The notes beneath the pieces are model-generated. The model saw only the letters and a program-made list of their open reading frames with translations, ran no database searches and had not been told where the DNA came from. Shown here piece by piece: positions 1 to 13,335 of a DNA stretch of 64,000 bases. The position numbers and the translations under genes were made by a program. The stretch covers positions 21,948,001-22,012,000 of the forward strand of contig NC_042997.1 in the NCBI RefSeq assembly GCF_006345805.1, given 5' to 3'. Origin of the DNA: Octopus sinensis (taxonomy: Eukaryota). Position 1 is the first letter of the stretch. Each line of letters opens with the position of its first letter.

Positions 1-447
1 ATCTTTTCATGGAAGAAGGTTTATGTTCCTATGACCTGTATTAATTCTGTAACCCTTTAAAATGGAAGATAAGAAAGTTCATTTTCGGCACTTGATGCTT
101 TGGGAACCAGACAAAAATTGCTACAGCTCGGCTGGGATGTGTTACCCCACACTCCATATTCATCAGATATTGCTCCTTCGGATTTCCACTTATTCAGGTC
201 TCTGCAGAATAGTCTTAATGGTAAAAGTTTCAATTCCTTGGATGACGTAAAAAGATACCTTGATGAATTCTTTGCTATGAAATCACCTCAGTTCTGGAAA
301 GAGGGTATTTTCAAGTTAAAGGAAAGATGGAGACGCATTGTGCAACAAAATGGTTCATATTTGGCTGATTAAAAATGTAATGGCGAGTATTTATTGAGCT
401 TTTTCTTTCCTTTAAAAATCGGCACGAACTTTCTAGACAACCCACTA
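1..447 (+). mobile_element. Internally deleted mariner (DD34D) element, right part
   Basis: N-terminal MEDKKVHFRHLMLW (ATG at 62) joins directly near position 103 to the C-terminal TRQKLLQLGWDVLPHTPYSSDIAPSDFHLFRSLQN...WRRIVQQNGSYLAD* (YSPDLAPSD-type motif). A 3' TIR-like aaaaatcggcacgaactttctagacaacccac ends at 445 and is followed by TA. The 5' TIR lies outside the window. Confidence 0.85.
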
Positions 448-519
448 TTAACACCATGAATCTAGAATCTTCTCCATACAATCGATTGTAAAATTGTCCA
501 TATTATAATAATCTTTTCT

Positions 520-722
520 AATATAGGCACAAGGTTTGAATTTTGGCGGGAGGGAATTAGTCGATTATCTCGACCCCACTTCTCAATTTGTCCTTATTTC
601 ATCGACACTGAAATGACGAAAGGCAAAGTCGACTTAAGTTCAATTTAAACTCAAAACATAAAGTCAGATGAAATGCTGCTAAGCATTTTGTCCGGCGTGC
701 TAACGATTGTGCCTGCTCTTCG
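520..722 (-). mobile_element. SINE family A copy, diverged (consensus head ggcggcgagctggcagaaacgttagc)
   Basis: Reverse complement matches the family seen at 19823, 46920 and 47799 (gtcgactttgcctttcatcctttcggggtcgat core). Confidence 0.75.
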
Positions 723-1372
723 TTCATATTATAACAATGGATAGGATCATCTGATGCAAATCGATCTGGTTAATTATTTGAACTCTTGTATTCAGGATGA
801 TTTATTTTTGATTGATCAATCCAATTGATTTATACATAAAAGCTAGCGGGATCCAACGCTTTTCCCATCACCAAACCTCAGTTGTTCCCGTTATTGTTAT
901 TGTTTTGTCAATCCTGGTGAAGTAGACTCACGATGAACAATGTGCGAGCTATAATAATTTCGTCTTTACTTGTCATTGAATATCTAGAAATACTTTACCC
1001 AGTGAACTCCCTTTTTTCAATACATTAAAATGCTATTTGTGGGATGATTAATTGTTATTTCTAGCATAGTGCGCGACTCTATAAAGGACCCCTCATTTGC
1101 TCCACATCCATCGTTCTGAACTCGGCGATGCAAGTTAGCAACACACTGGTCAATTATAAATTGCTATCATTACTTATAGCGAATATTCGTTCTGCCTTAG
1201 GGCACTTGTTTATCAGTTTGGTGAGCTGGGCTTGTTGTGAGGAAAGTGGATTAGCAAAGTAGCCATTGAGACATTAATAAAGAGAAGCGATAAACCCACT
1301 GGTCGTCCGAAGCTCTCTACGCATATTGGTAGAAACTGAAACTATTATTCGATAAAACGGAAGAGAAGGAGG

Positions 1373-1374
1373 GA

Positions 1375-1418
<44 letters not shown>

Positions 1419-1440
1419 AGGAAAGAAAGAAAGAAAGAAA
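1373..1440. repeat. (GAAA)n microsatellite
   Basis: Direct reading. Confidence 0.95.
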
Positions 1441-1941
1441 GCCAACAGATTTGACATTAGATTACTAACTTGAAATTTCTTGGCTTATTCAGTTATTGAA
1501 TATAATGGATTTCAATTGGAAGCAGTTCCGGTCGTGGTGAAAAAGATAGAAGCTGGTTTGAAAAGTCTCCAAACGGACCATTATGTTTGATTTGTCCATT
1601 TATTTTTACTGTATGTTAAACACTTAATATCGAACGCTTTTAACTGAATTTCGATTGCTATTGCATCGAATTGAATTACATTAAATTTAGTTCTGATTAT
1701 CTAATACAGGTCTCAGAATAGATTTAACAACAGTGAGATTTTTTCATTCAGCAATTGGTTAAAAGATTTTGGTGTCTGCTACACAAAATATAGATTTCTC
1801 ACTTAGTCATAAGGCTGTAATTTTGCAGGAAAAGTACAGTATTAAATTGTTACTTATTCTATCAACTCCTGAGATGAACTTCAACGGGTCTTCTGATACA
1901 GATAGGATACGCTTATACAATTACGGATTGTTATTGATTTC

Positions 1942-2128
1942 AAAATTTGCCACAAGGCCAGCAATTTCGTGGGAGCGGGTTAGGCGATTAAATTGACCCC
2001 AGTGCTCAGCTAGTACTTATTTTATCGACTCCGAAAGGATGAAAGGCAACATTGACTCCAGTGCCATTTGAGCCCAGAAATGCCGCCAGGCATTTTGCCT
2101 GGCTTGCTAACGATTCTGCCAGCTCACC
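1942..2128 (-). mobile_element. SINE family A copy
   Basis: Contains gaccccagt...tatcgactccgaaaggatgaaaggc...gctaacgattctgccagctc, as in the other copies. Confidence 0.8.
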
Positions 2129-4290
2129 AGTCGTTTTTAGCGTATCTTCCGCTGCGAATAACATCTATACGAGAACTATGAACCAAATACTGACATCAAA
2201 ACTCGTTTCACGAATATTACATCAAGCACATGATACGACCACAGAGGAGATGTGAGAGATGTGGGGTAGAAAGTAACAATGCGAGACGAATACTAAACTC
2301 GCATACTCCAACGAATCTATGGAGATTTATAAAAAACAATAGAACGATTTCAAAAAATAGAAACGGGAAAATGCAGGCAACGAAATTATACTGAAAACAA
2401 AAGAAAGAAAACAACCACGCAAAGCAGAAAAGCGCCCACAAACCAATGAAATCATCACAAACAAATCTTAATACATAGAAAATTACATAAAAGGTAAAAC
2501 TACGCATATGAGAGGGATGAGCCACAAGAAAATGAATATAATAATATACCAAACTAAATAGGAATGAATAAATCATCAGAATAAAGCAAAAGGAGACACA
2601 GAACATAAATAATAGAACACCGAAACGATGATAAGCAGATACCATCCCACCAAGCAACCGCTAGAATACCAAACATACTCTTGATCCATCATATAAGATT
2701 TTGTTTTTAAATTTTCTAACAGAATAAGCTGCATAAGCGACCGGGCAAAATGTAAGAAAAACAACAAATAAAATGGAATAATTAACCATATTAAAATAAA
2801 AATTCCTGAATTAACGGAAACACCTTCCCAAATTTTACAAATAGTCAAGCATCTCATGATGATAAAAGTCAACTACAGCTAGGTTTACTACAAGCTCTTT
2901 CCACAGAAGCAAATCCTACTTCTATGCGCAAGATAAATGGCAATACTAGCATCCCTCATCAAAGCCTACCAAAAAATCAATAGGAAGAAATTTTATAATT
3001 GAAAATCGAAACGAACATGAACACAGAAGGATTTATTTCAAAGAAAGAGATATACGAAACATATTTTAAGAAAATACAATGTTAAGAAACTGTAAGAGAT
3101 CCCGGAAGTGAAATCTAACTAAATTAAAACCACTGATTTTGGTAAGACATGTCAAAACAGATGCTTTAAATACGAAAGGAAGTCATACATTTTTTAGATA
3201 TTTATTTTATCGACTGTAAAAGGAGGAAGTAAAAGTACGTACTCTGACTGGATTTGAACTCACAACAGAGAGAGATATGCCTAAATACCACCGGACATTT
3301 AATCTGGTCCTGTAGCCTGAGAACACTCCATTACTCTCGTACTATTCCTTACTGACAGACGCAAAACATGAGCATCGGTAGACATAAAACACAAAACGGC
3401 TTACAAAATTATATTCGCAGATGTGCAGATATTTTTAATCACGAAATAATAACTTCGCTTTGATAGAGCACCTGTCACAATTGGAAATTTTAGTTACAGA
3501 TAATTGGCATGTATATTTCAGTTCAGACGCGAGACAATAATAACTATATTACTACTATTGAATACTACTGCTTCAGAACTTCCTACCATTAATTTTCAAT
3601 CTTTGACATTAGAGCATGATAAAATATCATATATGATGTGTTGAGACTGTAGCTATAATTAATTCTTCCATCGTGGTATAGAAGTTATTGCTGTGAACTT
3701 ATTTCCACAGATTTGCGGGAACTTACCTTTTAAAGTATATTTTGAAAAGTCATTTTGGCAGCGGTTAGCATCAAATGTCTTTAGCATCTTTGGATGATTC
3801 GCCATGAATAAATTCGTATGGGAAGATGAGACGGAAATACTGACGTCTCTAATGAACAGTTTAGTCAGATGAAGAACAAGTTTTAAGTGATCATCGTAGC
3901 AGAGACTATTTATCGACCCAGATCACCATTAATTTCTCCAGGCTATGCATTTTTATCTATTATAAGTATCGTTTAGATTACGATTCGAAGAACGTGACAG
4001 AAATTCTTACTCATTCAACAAGACAGTCGGTGGGACACTGCACCAGCAATTTAATAGTAATGCTAGAATTTGGATTGAGCTGCAGGGAACTGTCAGGATG
4101 TAAGCAAGACAATTTTTAAAAGACCTGAATGGATACGATGGTATACAATAATGGTGTAGTGAAGTGTAATCAATAGACGGACGAATGATAGTAGAGTTTT
4201 TATGCACTTAAACATGGCACTGATAACATTGTTACTAAAGATTTGAGACTTATTACATACATCCATATATACATACATAAATGGATAAAT

Positions 4291-5665
4291 GAGGACGGGC
4301 TGAATAGTTCCTAGACTGACTCTGAAGGAGCTGACGCTATAACTGTGGAATCTTGCGTATATTAATTTCATCTCTTCTTACTACATTATCAGGTAAACTG
4401 ACGTTTGACTTCAAAGAAGACTTCAACAGTAAATAGTAGCGACTTCTCTTGAAAATCAACAAAATTTGGCATCGTGAAGTTATCATGTACCTGCAAAAGA
4501 ATTTGTTAGCTCCCAAAGACATTCATGCTGATATGATTGCTACATTAAGAGATGACACTCCAGCTTTATTAACAGTGCAAAAGGGGGAAGCTAACTTTAG
4601 GAGGAGAATGGAGAGTCTTGAACATGACCCAAGGTCTGGACTCCTGCAACAGCTATCATTGAGAAAAACATTCATCGTATCGGCGGATGATATGTGACTG
4701 GTTGTAAATCAAATAACTAATGCAGAGTTCAAAATATTCTTCACAATGAACTTGGCGTGACGAAGGTTTCTGCTCAGTGGGAGTCACGTCAAAAGTGCAC
4801 AAGGGTGATTACGTCACAGGAAAATCTGATATTGTTTCAGAGAGATCCAGCTGGCTTCCTTGAACTTTTCGTAACCCAGGGTGAGTGTTGGGTTCGTCAC
4901 TTTGAGACAAGGACAAAGAGACAATTCATGCAATGGAAACACCCCTTCTCACCTGCTCTAAAGACGGCCAAGGTCGTTTCACCTGAGGAGAAGGTAATGT
5001 CCTCAGTATTTTGAGATTCAAAAAGCATCCATCAATGGAGAGTACAGTAAACCTTCGTCATATCTTGGTTCACCTATCGCGGTTTATTTTTTAAGCTTAC
5101 ATCGATTCCTCCGTGGTGTTGTTTTGCATTTATAATAAAATAAATATATACAAATTATAAAATAAAATAAATATACAGTAGAGTATTTGTTTCTACATCG
5201 CGACCTATCGCAGGTTGTTTTGGAACGTAAAATCCGCGATAGTCGGGGGATTACTGTACTATGCTAATGTACTGAGGCAGTTACGAAAGGTTACTAAGAC
5301 CAAATACTCAGGAAAACTGACGAAAGTAGACTTGTTTCATTAGGACAATGCTCCAGTACACAAGCCCTTGGTTTGAAAGGCTGCTCTGCTTGACTGTGGA
5401 TTTGAACTGGTTATTCACCCTCCCTATTCTACTGATTTGTCCCCATCTGACTATCAGCCTTCCCCAACAGGAAAAAACACTTGGCTGGGAACCAGTATCA
5501 CAATGATGATGACGTCATATTTACTGCTGATGACTTTTTATTAACAATCGGATCGAAGCACAGCAACTCCGATGGAAGAAGTCTGTGGACTATGTTGAAC
5601 AATAAACGTCATTTTTCGCATTCTATGAGAGTATCATGGTCAGCCTATGAAATTTTCAGCCAACC
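4291..5665 (+). pseudogene. Decayed full-length mariner element (irritans-like transposase)
   Basis: Fragments read IWHREVIMYLQK..KDIHADMIATL..ESLEHDPRSG; FVTQGECWVRHFETRTKRQFMQWKHPFSP..KVMSSVF; NGEYYANVLRQLRK; DNAPVHK; HPPYSTDLSPSDY. Imperfect TIRs at 4298-4320 and 5639-5661 match 19/23. Frameshifts and stops are present. Confidence 0.85.
5045..5256 (+). mobile_element. Tigger/pogo-type MITE inserted in the mariner ORF
   Basis: Ends are CAGTAAACC...GGGATTACTG with TA on both sides (5043-5044, 5257-5258). Removing the MITE restores gagag-TA-ctatgctaat, which reads N-G-E-Y-Y-A-N. Confidence 0.85.
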
Positions 5666-5764
5666 ATTTTATGTATGTGTGTGTGTGTGTGCGTGTGTGG
5701 GTCTGTGTGTGTGTATATCTGTATATGTATATATCGTGTAAGTTTTTAACTGGCGGAGGATGAT

Positions 5765-6516
5765 CACGTGATTAGACTAAGGAATTTTTATAAGTTCACC
5801 GCTACGTCCGTGCGTTAATGTCATTTGACAACATTTTCTGTGCCATAAGTTAAGGCTGGCACGGTTGCGACATAGGTTCATTCTGTTACTTGATATCCAC
5901 ATGTACCTCAGATTATTATGGCCTAGCAGGAATCCTCAGTGGATTCGCATTAAACTTAACTAATTTTAGCCAGGACCTCAAGTTCCTTTTTACTCTACAT
6001 AAAGAAAAATCTAACAACCTTAACTTTTGGCACAATCATAACTTTTTCTAGTGCGATACTAATTTTCTCGTACGATATTAACTCAAGAATTTAGTGGAGA
6101 ACAATATTGTATGCCTTCATACATACATACAAATCATAATCATTCAGCCAGTGGACTACATACAAACAACTTCTGTCCACTCTACCACTTGACTAATTAA
6201 ATTTAGAAAGCCTTGGTCACGTGGTACTGACGTTCACTCAACCGTATCAGCCGTAACTGTTGTAAAAAATATTGTCACGTGACATTAACGTACGGACGTA
6301 GCAGGACAGTTACGAACATTTCTAAGTCTAATCACGTGGTTATTATCTGCAATACATGATATATTAAATTTAGAGACCCTTGATTGTTTCGGACTATGGC
6401 TAGACACGTTCATTCAACAGTGTCAGCTTTAACTTACCTCGCAAAAAATACTGTTACATGACATTAAAGTACGGATGCAACGGGGTACTTGCAAAATTTC
6501 TAAATTTAATCACGTG
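5765..6516. promoter_or_regulatory. Cluster of five T-CACGTG E-boxes, four within a diverged ~165 bp tandem duplication
   Basis: CACGTG at 5765, 6218, 6276, 6333 and 6511. Function not shown. Confidence 0.25.
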
Positions 6517-6744
6517 ATCGTCCTCAGCCAAGCAAATTGCATCCTAAACAGATACTAATTTGAGCCATATTCTCTCTATGAAAACAAGAAAAATTTCGAG
6601 CCCCGGTCATAAGGAAGATAGTTGCTGCAAAGCTCCACGTCTTTCTATCTCACTTAACTTTTGAAAATCAAAAAGGAATTGTGAAACCGGTTAAGCATTT
6701 TCGATTTCTTTTTCCTATATTTCTACCATATATATAATTATATA

Positions 6745-6776
<32 letters not shown>

Positions 6777-7640
6777 CATACATACACACACATACATACA
6801 TGCATACATATATATATATAATATTTAAGCATAGGCATACACACGGAAAGACCAGTAAGTTCAGAGATGCACCCTCCCATGTATATATACACAGTTCATA
6901 TCAATATTTACATACAGCTCTTATATACACACACGATTAACTTCAAATGCTTTACGGTATTTTTCCGATTCTTCAGGTTCTGAGTTCAAACCACGTCGGT
7001 TTCGAAGTTAATAAAATGAAGTACTAGTGAAATACTGAGGTCAACTATATCGACGAAATTCCTCGCCTAGCCTTGTGACTTTAATTACAAACAATTATCT
7101 TTTAATATTGTTTACATTTTTTATCTCCATCTATACTTTTTTGATAGCCAGTATCTAATGTTTAATGTATTATAGCATTTTTCTAGTGTTCTGATTTCCA
7201 TGTAACTGTGATATTAATTCATAAACGATATTTTTGTTTTTATGCTTTATTCAAACATCATTCCACAAATGGTACAAAGTTCACAATAGGAAAAAATTAA
7301 CAATATAACTATTCTTTCTGAATAAATGTAAAACAAATAAATAGGCTAATTTTCTGGTTACTACACTTGCTATATTATTACCATCAGACTATACTATTCT
7401 TCTTAATTTGTATTGATTTATATTTATCACCTTGCATCTTTGTGAATTTGTTATTATCATAACTGAATGACTCTTCTCCTATACTACAACGCAAATTGAT
7501 GATTCATTGGCTTAGCTGTAATATATATTACGACATACACATTTAATAGCATATAGTTGTTTTAACCTGTATCATGTGCTTTTATCTAAGTGACGTAAGG
7601 AGAGATTTGTGAATACCACAGTATTTTTTAGGAGTACTGA

Positions 7641-7847
7641 ACTCTTTTACTCTTTTACTTGTTTCAATCCTTTGACTTTGGCCATGCTGCAGCACCGCCT
7701 TTAGTCGAACAAATTGACCCCATGGCTTATTTTTGTGAGCTTAGTACTTATCCTATTGGTCTCTTTTGCCGAGCCGCTAAGTTACGGGGACGTAAACACA
7801 CCAGCATCGGTTGTCAAGCGATGGTGGGGGGACAAACAGACATACAA

Positions 7848-7907
<60 letters not shown>

Positions 7908-8090
7908 CACACATATATATATATATACGACGGGTTTTTTTCAGTTTCCGTCTACCAAATCCACTCACAAGGCTTTGGTCGGCCCGAGGCTATAGTAGAA
8001 GAGGCAGTGCCCAAGGTGCCATGCAGTGGGACTGAACCCGGAACTATGTGGTTCGTAAGCAAGCTACTTACCACACAGCCACTTCTGCGT
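7641..8090 (-). mobile_element. SINE family C (tRNA head, CORE-like body, internal (TA)/(TG) microsatellite)
   Basis: Same consensus as 30126-30522, 51524-51944 and 59174-59573. Head has A/B-box-like motifs and a CORE-like ggcaccttgggca segment. Confidence 0.85.
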
Positions 8091-8504
8091 TACAATTTAT
8101 TTAAAACTATAAAAAATTAAGTCCTAAATGTTGAAAAAACAAATTCAGATTATCCACTTATTAAAGATAGGTAATATTTAGAAAATGTTGATAAAGAGAA
8201 AATTGGGGGGGGGGGGGGATTCTTAACAATTTTTCTGCCTTCTAATCAGTGATTGGTGATAGATTATGTCAATAACAAAAATATTTTATCTTGGAAGTTC
8301 TATACAAAGTTATTAATGGGAAAATGATTTCTTTTCTCTTTTTTAATTTAAAATGAGTCGAAAGTTCTTAATTGCTATTCGCAATATATTCAGCATCTCA
8401 CGACCATAATTCACTAGTCATTTTCCCTATATACATTGCTTACTTATTGAAACGATTTATGGGAAATAACCGAAGCAAGTTTTGGAAAAGTGCCAAAAGG
8501 TTGT

Positions 8505-8660
<156 letters not shown>

Positions 8661-9239
8661 TTACTTATTTTTTAATTTTTTTGTAAACAAGGACCACTTT
8701 CTTGAAATATATCCGCTTCCTTGGCGCTAATCACTGTACGTTTTACTGCAGACATACTTGTCGAACGCATAGCGAGAACAAAATAAACGGTATTATTTTG
8801 AAACAGTCAATATTTGTGAGCGTGATGAAGTATATTGAGAGACAGAGCAAATTGCAGCAGTCAAAATTAGAAGAGAAAATAGATTTAACTGGAATCTGTG
8901 TCTAATCCTGAATGGGATACGTTCTGCTTTACTTAAATGTTTATTAGAGTGATGTATTAGTAATCGATTTAGCATTTGATATATTGGTTTAGAATTATAT
9001 ACTTAATTCAGTATCAATTTTCAGATCAGCTCCATTATTGTAGTCGGTAGTTCTCATTTCGTCTTATAGATGAAGGCTGCTTGATAATAAATGGTTGGAA
9101 AAGGGAATTACTTTCAGAAGATAGGCATTTTCGAAAATTATTTAGTGTAATAACTTCATCATAATTTCAATACCAATGCTATCAAAAGATTTTCGAGAAG
9201 ATTAGGCTTTGATAGTGACAGTTTCAATATTGATTTCAA

Positions 9240-9433
9240 ATTTTGACACAAGGCCAGTAATTTCGAGGAAGGGAGTAAGTTGATTACATTGACCCAGTTC
9301 TCAACTGGTACCGTTTTATTGACACCGAAAGGATGAAAAGCAAAGACGACCTTGGTGAAGTTTAAAACTCAGAAGGTAGCGACGGACGAAATGCGTTTCC
9401 CTCGGCATGCTAATGATTCTGCCAGCCCGCCAC
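9240..9433 (-). mobile_element. SINE family A copy
   Basis: Matches the family consensus, diverged. Confidence 0.75.
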
Positions 9434-9453
9434 CTTAGTAAGAGGAACAATAA

Positions 9454-9588
9454 TTATGAGCCAGGCGTGGCTCGAGAAGGAACTTACTCCAACCCACGAA
9501 ATTGCTGGCCTTGTGCCAAACTTTGGCACAAGGCCAGCAATTTCGTGGGTTGGAGTAAGTTCCTTCTCGAGCCACGCCTGGCTCATAA
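9454..9588. repeat. Perfect 67-bp inverted repeat with 1-nt spacer
   Basis: 9454-9520 is the exact reverse complement of 9522-9588; the centre is C9521. Confidence 0.95.
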
Positions 9589-9838
9589 GGGCCGATTTCC
9601 CGGTTTCCTTGGCGTATAGGTTCCCCACCTGGACGGGACGCCAATCCGTCGCAGGTGAGATGCAAGATGCAGGAGGAAAGAGTGAGAGAAAGTTGTGGCG
9701 AAAGAGTCAGCAGAAGTTCGCCACCAACTCCTGCCGAGCTTAGGTGTTTCGCTCATAAACACACACATCGCCCGGTCTGAGATTCGAAACTGTGATCCCT
9801 CGACCACGAGTCCGCTGCTCTAACAACTAGGCCATGTA
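9555..9838 (-). mobile_element. tRNA-headed SINE (family B variant with a different tail)
   Basis: Head atggcctagttgttagagcagcggactcgtggtcgagggatcacagtttcgaatc resembles the 56905-57280 head; tail is ...atgagccaggcgtggctcgagaaggaac. Confidence 0.75.
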
Positions 9839-9840
9839 AG

Positions 9841-10003
9841 TCGATAACATTGGTCCCATTGTTCAACCGGTACTTATTTTATTGATCTCGAAAGAATGAA
9901 AGATAAAGTCGACTCCGGTGGCATTTGAACTCAGAACGTAATGTCGGAAGAAATGCCGCTAAGCATTTTGCTTGGAGCAGTAATAATTGTGCCAGCTCGC
10001 CGC
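9841..10003 (-). mobile_element. SINE family A copy
   Basis: Matches the family consensus. Confidence 0.75.
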
Positions 10004-10538
10004 CTTTTTAACAGTAACAATATTAAAATTTCTTTTTAGAAAAGTAAACCCAATGACTATCCATTAAAAGCATTTCTTAAAATTTCAGGTTTCAGCGAAT
10101 AGCGTTTCCTAAGTAATCTATTTGCTCACTTTGGCTTTTGTTGTACAATTACAACTACCCGATTTTCTAAGATAGAAAGTTATTTTAGTCAAAGATAAAT
10201 TTCATTATTTGTATTTGTACATGTGAGTATCATCAGGCGTTTTTTGATTACAGTCATTTCTAATTGTAGTTGTTTTAAAAAAAATTCAGAATAATCCAAC
10301 AAAAATAATTGCTATAACTCAATTATTTTTTTTCAATTTTCAAACAATAATTCATTAATTGTACTTGGAGATAACACTTTTCCTCGAACTGAATTATCAA
10401 CTAGACAGTCGGCGATGGTGGGAGCTTGAAAATATTTTGAACTCTCTCGTATGGGCACAGTGTTCTCATTAACTCAACTCTAATGTTTTATTTGCGTCAT
10501 TTTATTGCTTCAAGCGCTGATAGTAAACGTATCATAAG

Positions 10539-10638
10539 TTTTAAATTTATAATTTACAGTTGTAAAACTATATTATTAACACTCACTTTTTTAAATTTAT
10601 AATTTACAGTTGTAAAACTATATTATTAACACTCACTT
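10539..10638. repeat. Exact 50-bp tandem duplication
   Basis: ttttaaatttataatttacagttgtaaaactatattattaacactcactt occurs twice. Confidence 0.9.
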
Positions 10639-12815
10639 ATTGTACTCAATCTTGTATATATATTATTTAAGAACACAAATGGAATACAAACATGCTAATT
10701 GTTAAGAAATACATTGTCAATTAGAGATGTTAAAATATATTGGTTTGATCTTTATGTAAAGTAATTTTAAACTGGAATAGAATCTGGATCAGACATTCAA
10801 CTTATTGTGAATTAACAACAATCACGGTTTCTGAAGTTGCGTCACAAGTTTAAAGAAAGAAAATAATAAAACTTTGCCACGTTAATGCATTTCCGATGAT
10901 GTAAATATACTCAATTAGAATTGATCTGTTATCGACACTTCATTCCTGGGTGAATAACGGTAATTTTTTTGATGCAGTAGAAGGGTGAATATATTCCTGG
11001 ATTAGCAGCAAATTAGAATTAGTAGTACGAACAGTAGTATTCTTGCTGTAACAATACACTTTTGAAGTATCTAGTGTATAAATAGCAACAATGTCAATGC
11101 TAACCCATCATGTTAGATGAAAATATTGAAATGCTAACGGTAGAACTGCAACATTGCGAGTGTGCTGAATTAAATTGTGATTAGTATTTAGTTTGAGTTC
11201 CCTCACAAAGTTCAAATACATCAAAGTCATTTGTTTTTCATTTCATTGAAAGTTATAAATAAGTAATTTATCTGAACCAATTCAATCGACCGATCGGTTG
11301 ATGTCTCTTTGCTGTAAACTTGTCCGTATGCACTATATCTCTCTAAAGATGGTATCTGTCGAATGGAATACGAGAGTTGATTATCTACACGGAGTAAAAT
11401 ATTAAAATTCCCCATTTTAGTGAAGGTGAATCCTTGAGTAGTTTGGTCATTTACATTGAATTTAACACAACCAATGAAAATTTAGCGATAAGAACATGCA
11501 GTGAATATTTTCTCTGAATTAATCAAGAATGTCATGTTAAATGACCAATGGGCAACTTGACCGGCTTAATATATTTAATGTGACCAGATCGACTTTAGCT
11601 CTCCTGAAGAAATATCTTTACACTCGGTTAAGTGGAAAAATTAGCCGATTAGTGATGTTTTAGAATGATTTCTAATGCTTAAGTTACTCTTTCCGTGCTT
11701 GGAAGGATAAATAAGCAGTAAAAGTGACTTTCCAGAAAATTCTCACCATCTCAGCTTTTAAGAGAGAAGAAAAATTATGTATTTCTTCAGTATTAGTATC
11801 TGGAAGGAATGATGAAATGCTTTCCGAAAACAGTTTGTTCGATCGTAGGAAGAAATCGAAGAATAAATATAGAAAGTAGTACATCTGACTGAAGCCAGAA
11901 TTGATAGAATAAAATAAAGAATAATTACATTTGATTAATTAAATCTATTGATTTTTTTTTACTACTCATACAAAATTTATCTTTAAAAGCTCTACCAAAG
12001 TATGGATTGTAGCTATTCTGGTTTAAAAGCAACATAACAAAGCAGAGTAGTTTGTGTACTTCTCTTTACAGAATAGGTCAATGCTGATTAAGATTTAAAA
12101 AACTTCCACTTGCACTGTTTAGTTATAAAACTGGTAATCACTCTTGAAAATTGATTAAATATATTTGCATTTAATGTCACTTTGGTAACGCAGATGATAA
12201 GAAAATAAAGTCAATAAATGATTTTCATTCTATGGAAAATATCTTAAAACTGATTAGAAGACAGGAGATTTTTAGAACGGCTATATTTCACACAATTTTT
12301 TTTCGCCATAACCATTACTGTGCATTCTTTGTCATTTTCTTTAAGGCAATAATTAATTACGCCAATTAGAAACGCATTTTTATTTCTTTCCTTGTTTACT
12401 AACAAGCAAAGTCTACGCACTGAAGCTTAACATGCCGGAAAACCTAATTATGTATTTTGAAACAAATCTCATGTTAGAGCAATTTTTTTACCACATAACT
12501 GAAATGTAGTTTATTTTGACTAAATACACCTCGAAATACGCTATATTTTTAAAGGAAAATTAAATTTGTTTCCATTATTTCTTTAAGGTTATGTAATATG
12601 ACAATTTCCTATGATTGCTTTGAAGTGAAATACACGTCGATAAAAACATTTTAAGAACGATCCAGAAGGTAGGCCAGCTTCAGTCTTGCTATTGTGATGT
12701 ATCTAGAAAACAATACTGTAATTTGACTTGGTTCTTGGAGCTTTTAGTAAAAAAATTATCAAGCGCCATAAAACTGTCTCCAGGAATTATATTCTTCTAT
12801 GTAATTGCTTAGAAA

Positions 12816-13335
12816 CGTAACACCCACTACTGCGAGTGTTACGTTCCAAAACGCCCCGAGATAGGTGAAAATCCGCGAAGTAGAAACAGTACTGTATAGG
12901 AAATAATTTTTATTATTATTTTTATAATTTGTATATATTTATTTTATTATTTTTATATATTTAAGCTTTTTAGGAGTACTCATGTCTTCTCTTTATGCCT
13001 CCTGAGTTTCGTTTTCCATATAGTATGTGTGACTCTTTGTTTACTCATCTACAGTACATTACGTATTTTCTCTTAATATATTTTAATTAACGTGTTATAC
13101 AGTGCAGTACTGTACTGCATTTTTATTTATTAATTTATTAATTAATTATTAGGCTTGAAAGTACTTATTTTACCACAGAAACAATTAAAATAAAAGAATT
13201 ATATAATTACCTATCGGCCGCAGAAACCCGCGATATATTGAGGAGTCCGCGATATAAATTTACATATATTAGGCAGAAAAATCTGCGATGTACTGAGGGT
13301 GCGATAGGTGGACCGCGATATGGTGAGTGATCATT
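12816..13335 (-). mobile_element. Tigger-type MITE, same family as 5045-5256, opposite orientation
   Basis: Shares gcg..tgttacgttccaaaa..gcgatagg..tagaaac and gcgataggtggaccgcgatat subterminal motifs with the reverse complement of 5045-5256. Confidence 0.7.

Noticed and set aside
2217-2872. 146-aa and 98-aa hydrophobic minus-strand ORFs
   Set aside because: They reflect the A-rich plus strand (F/L/I bias) and show no recognisable motif.
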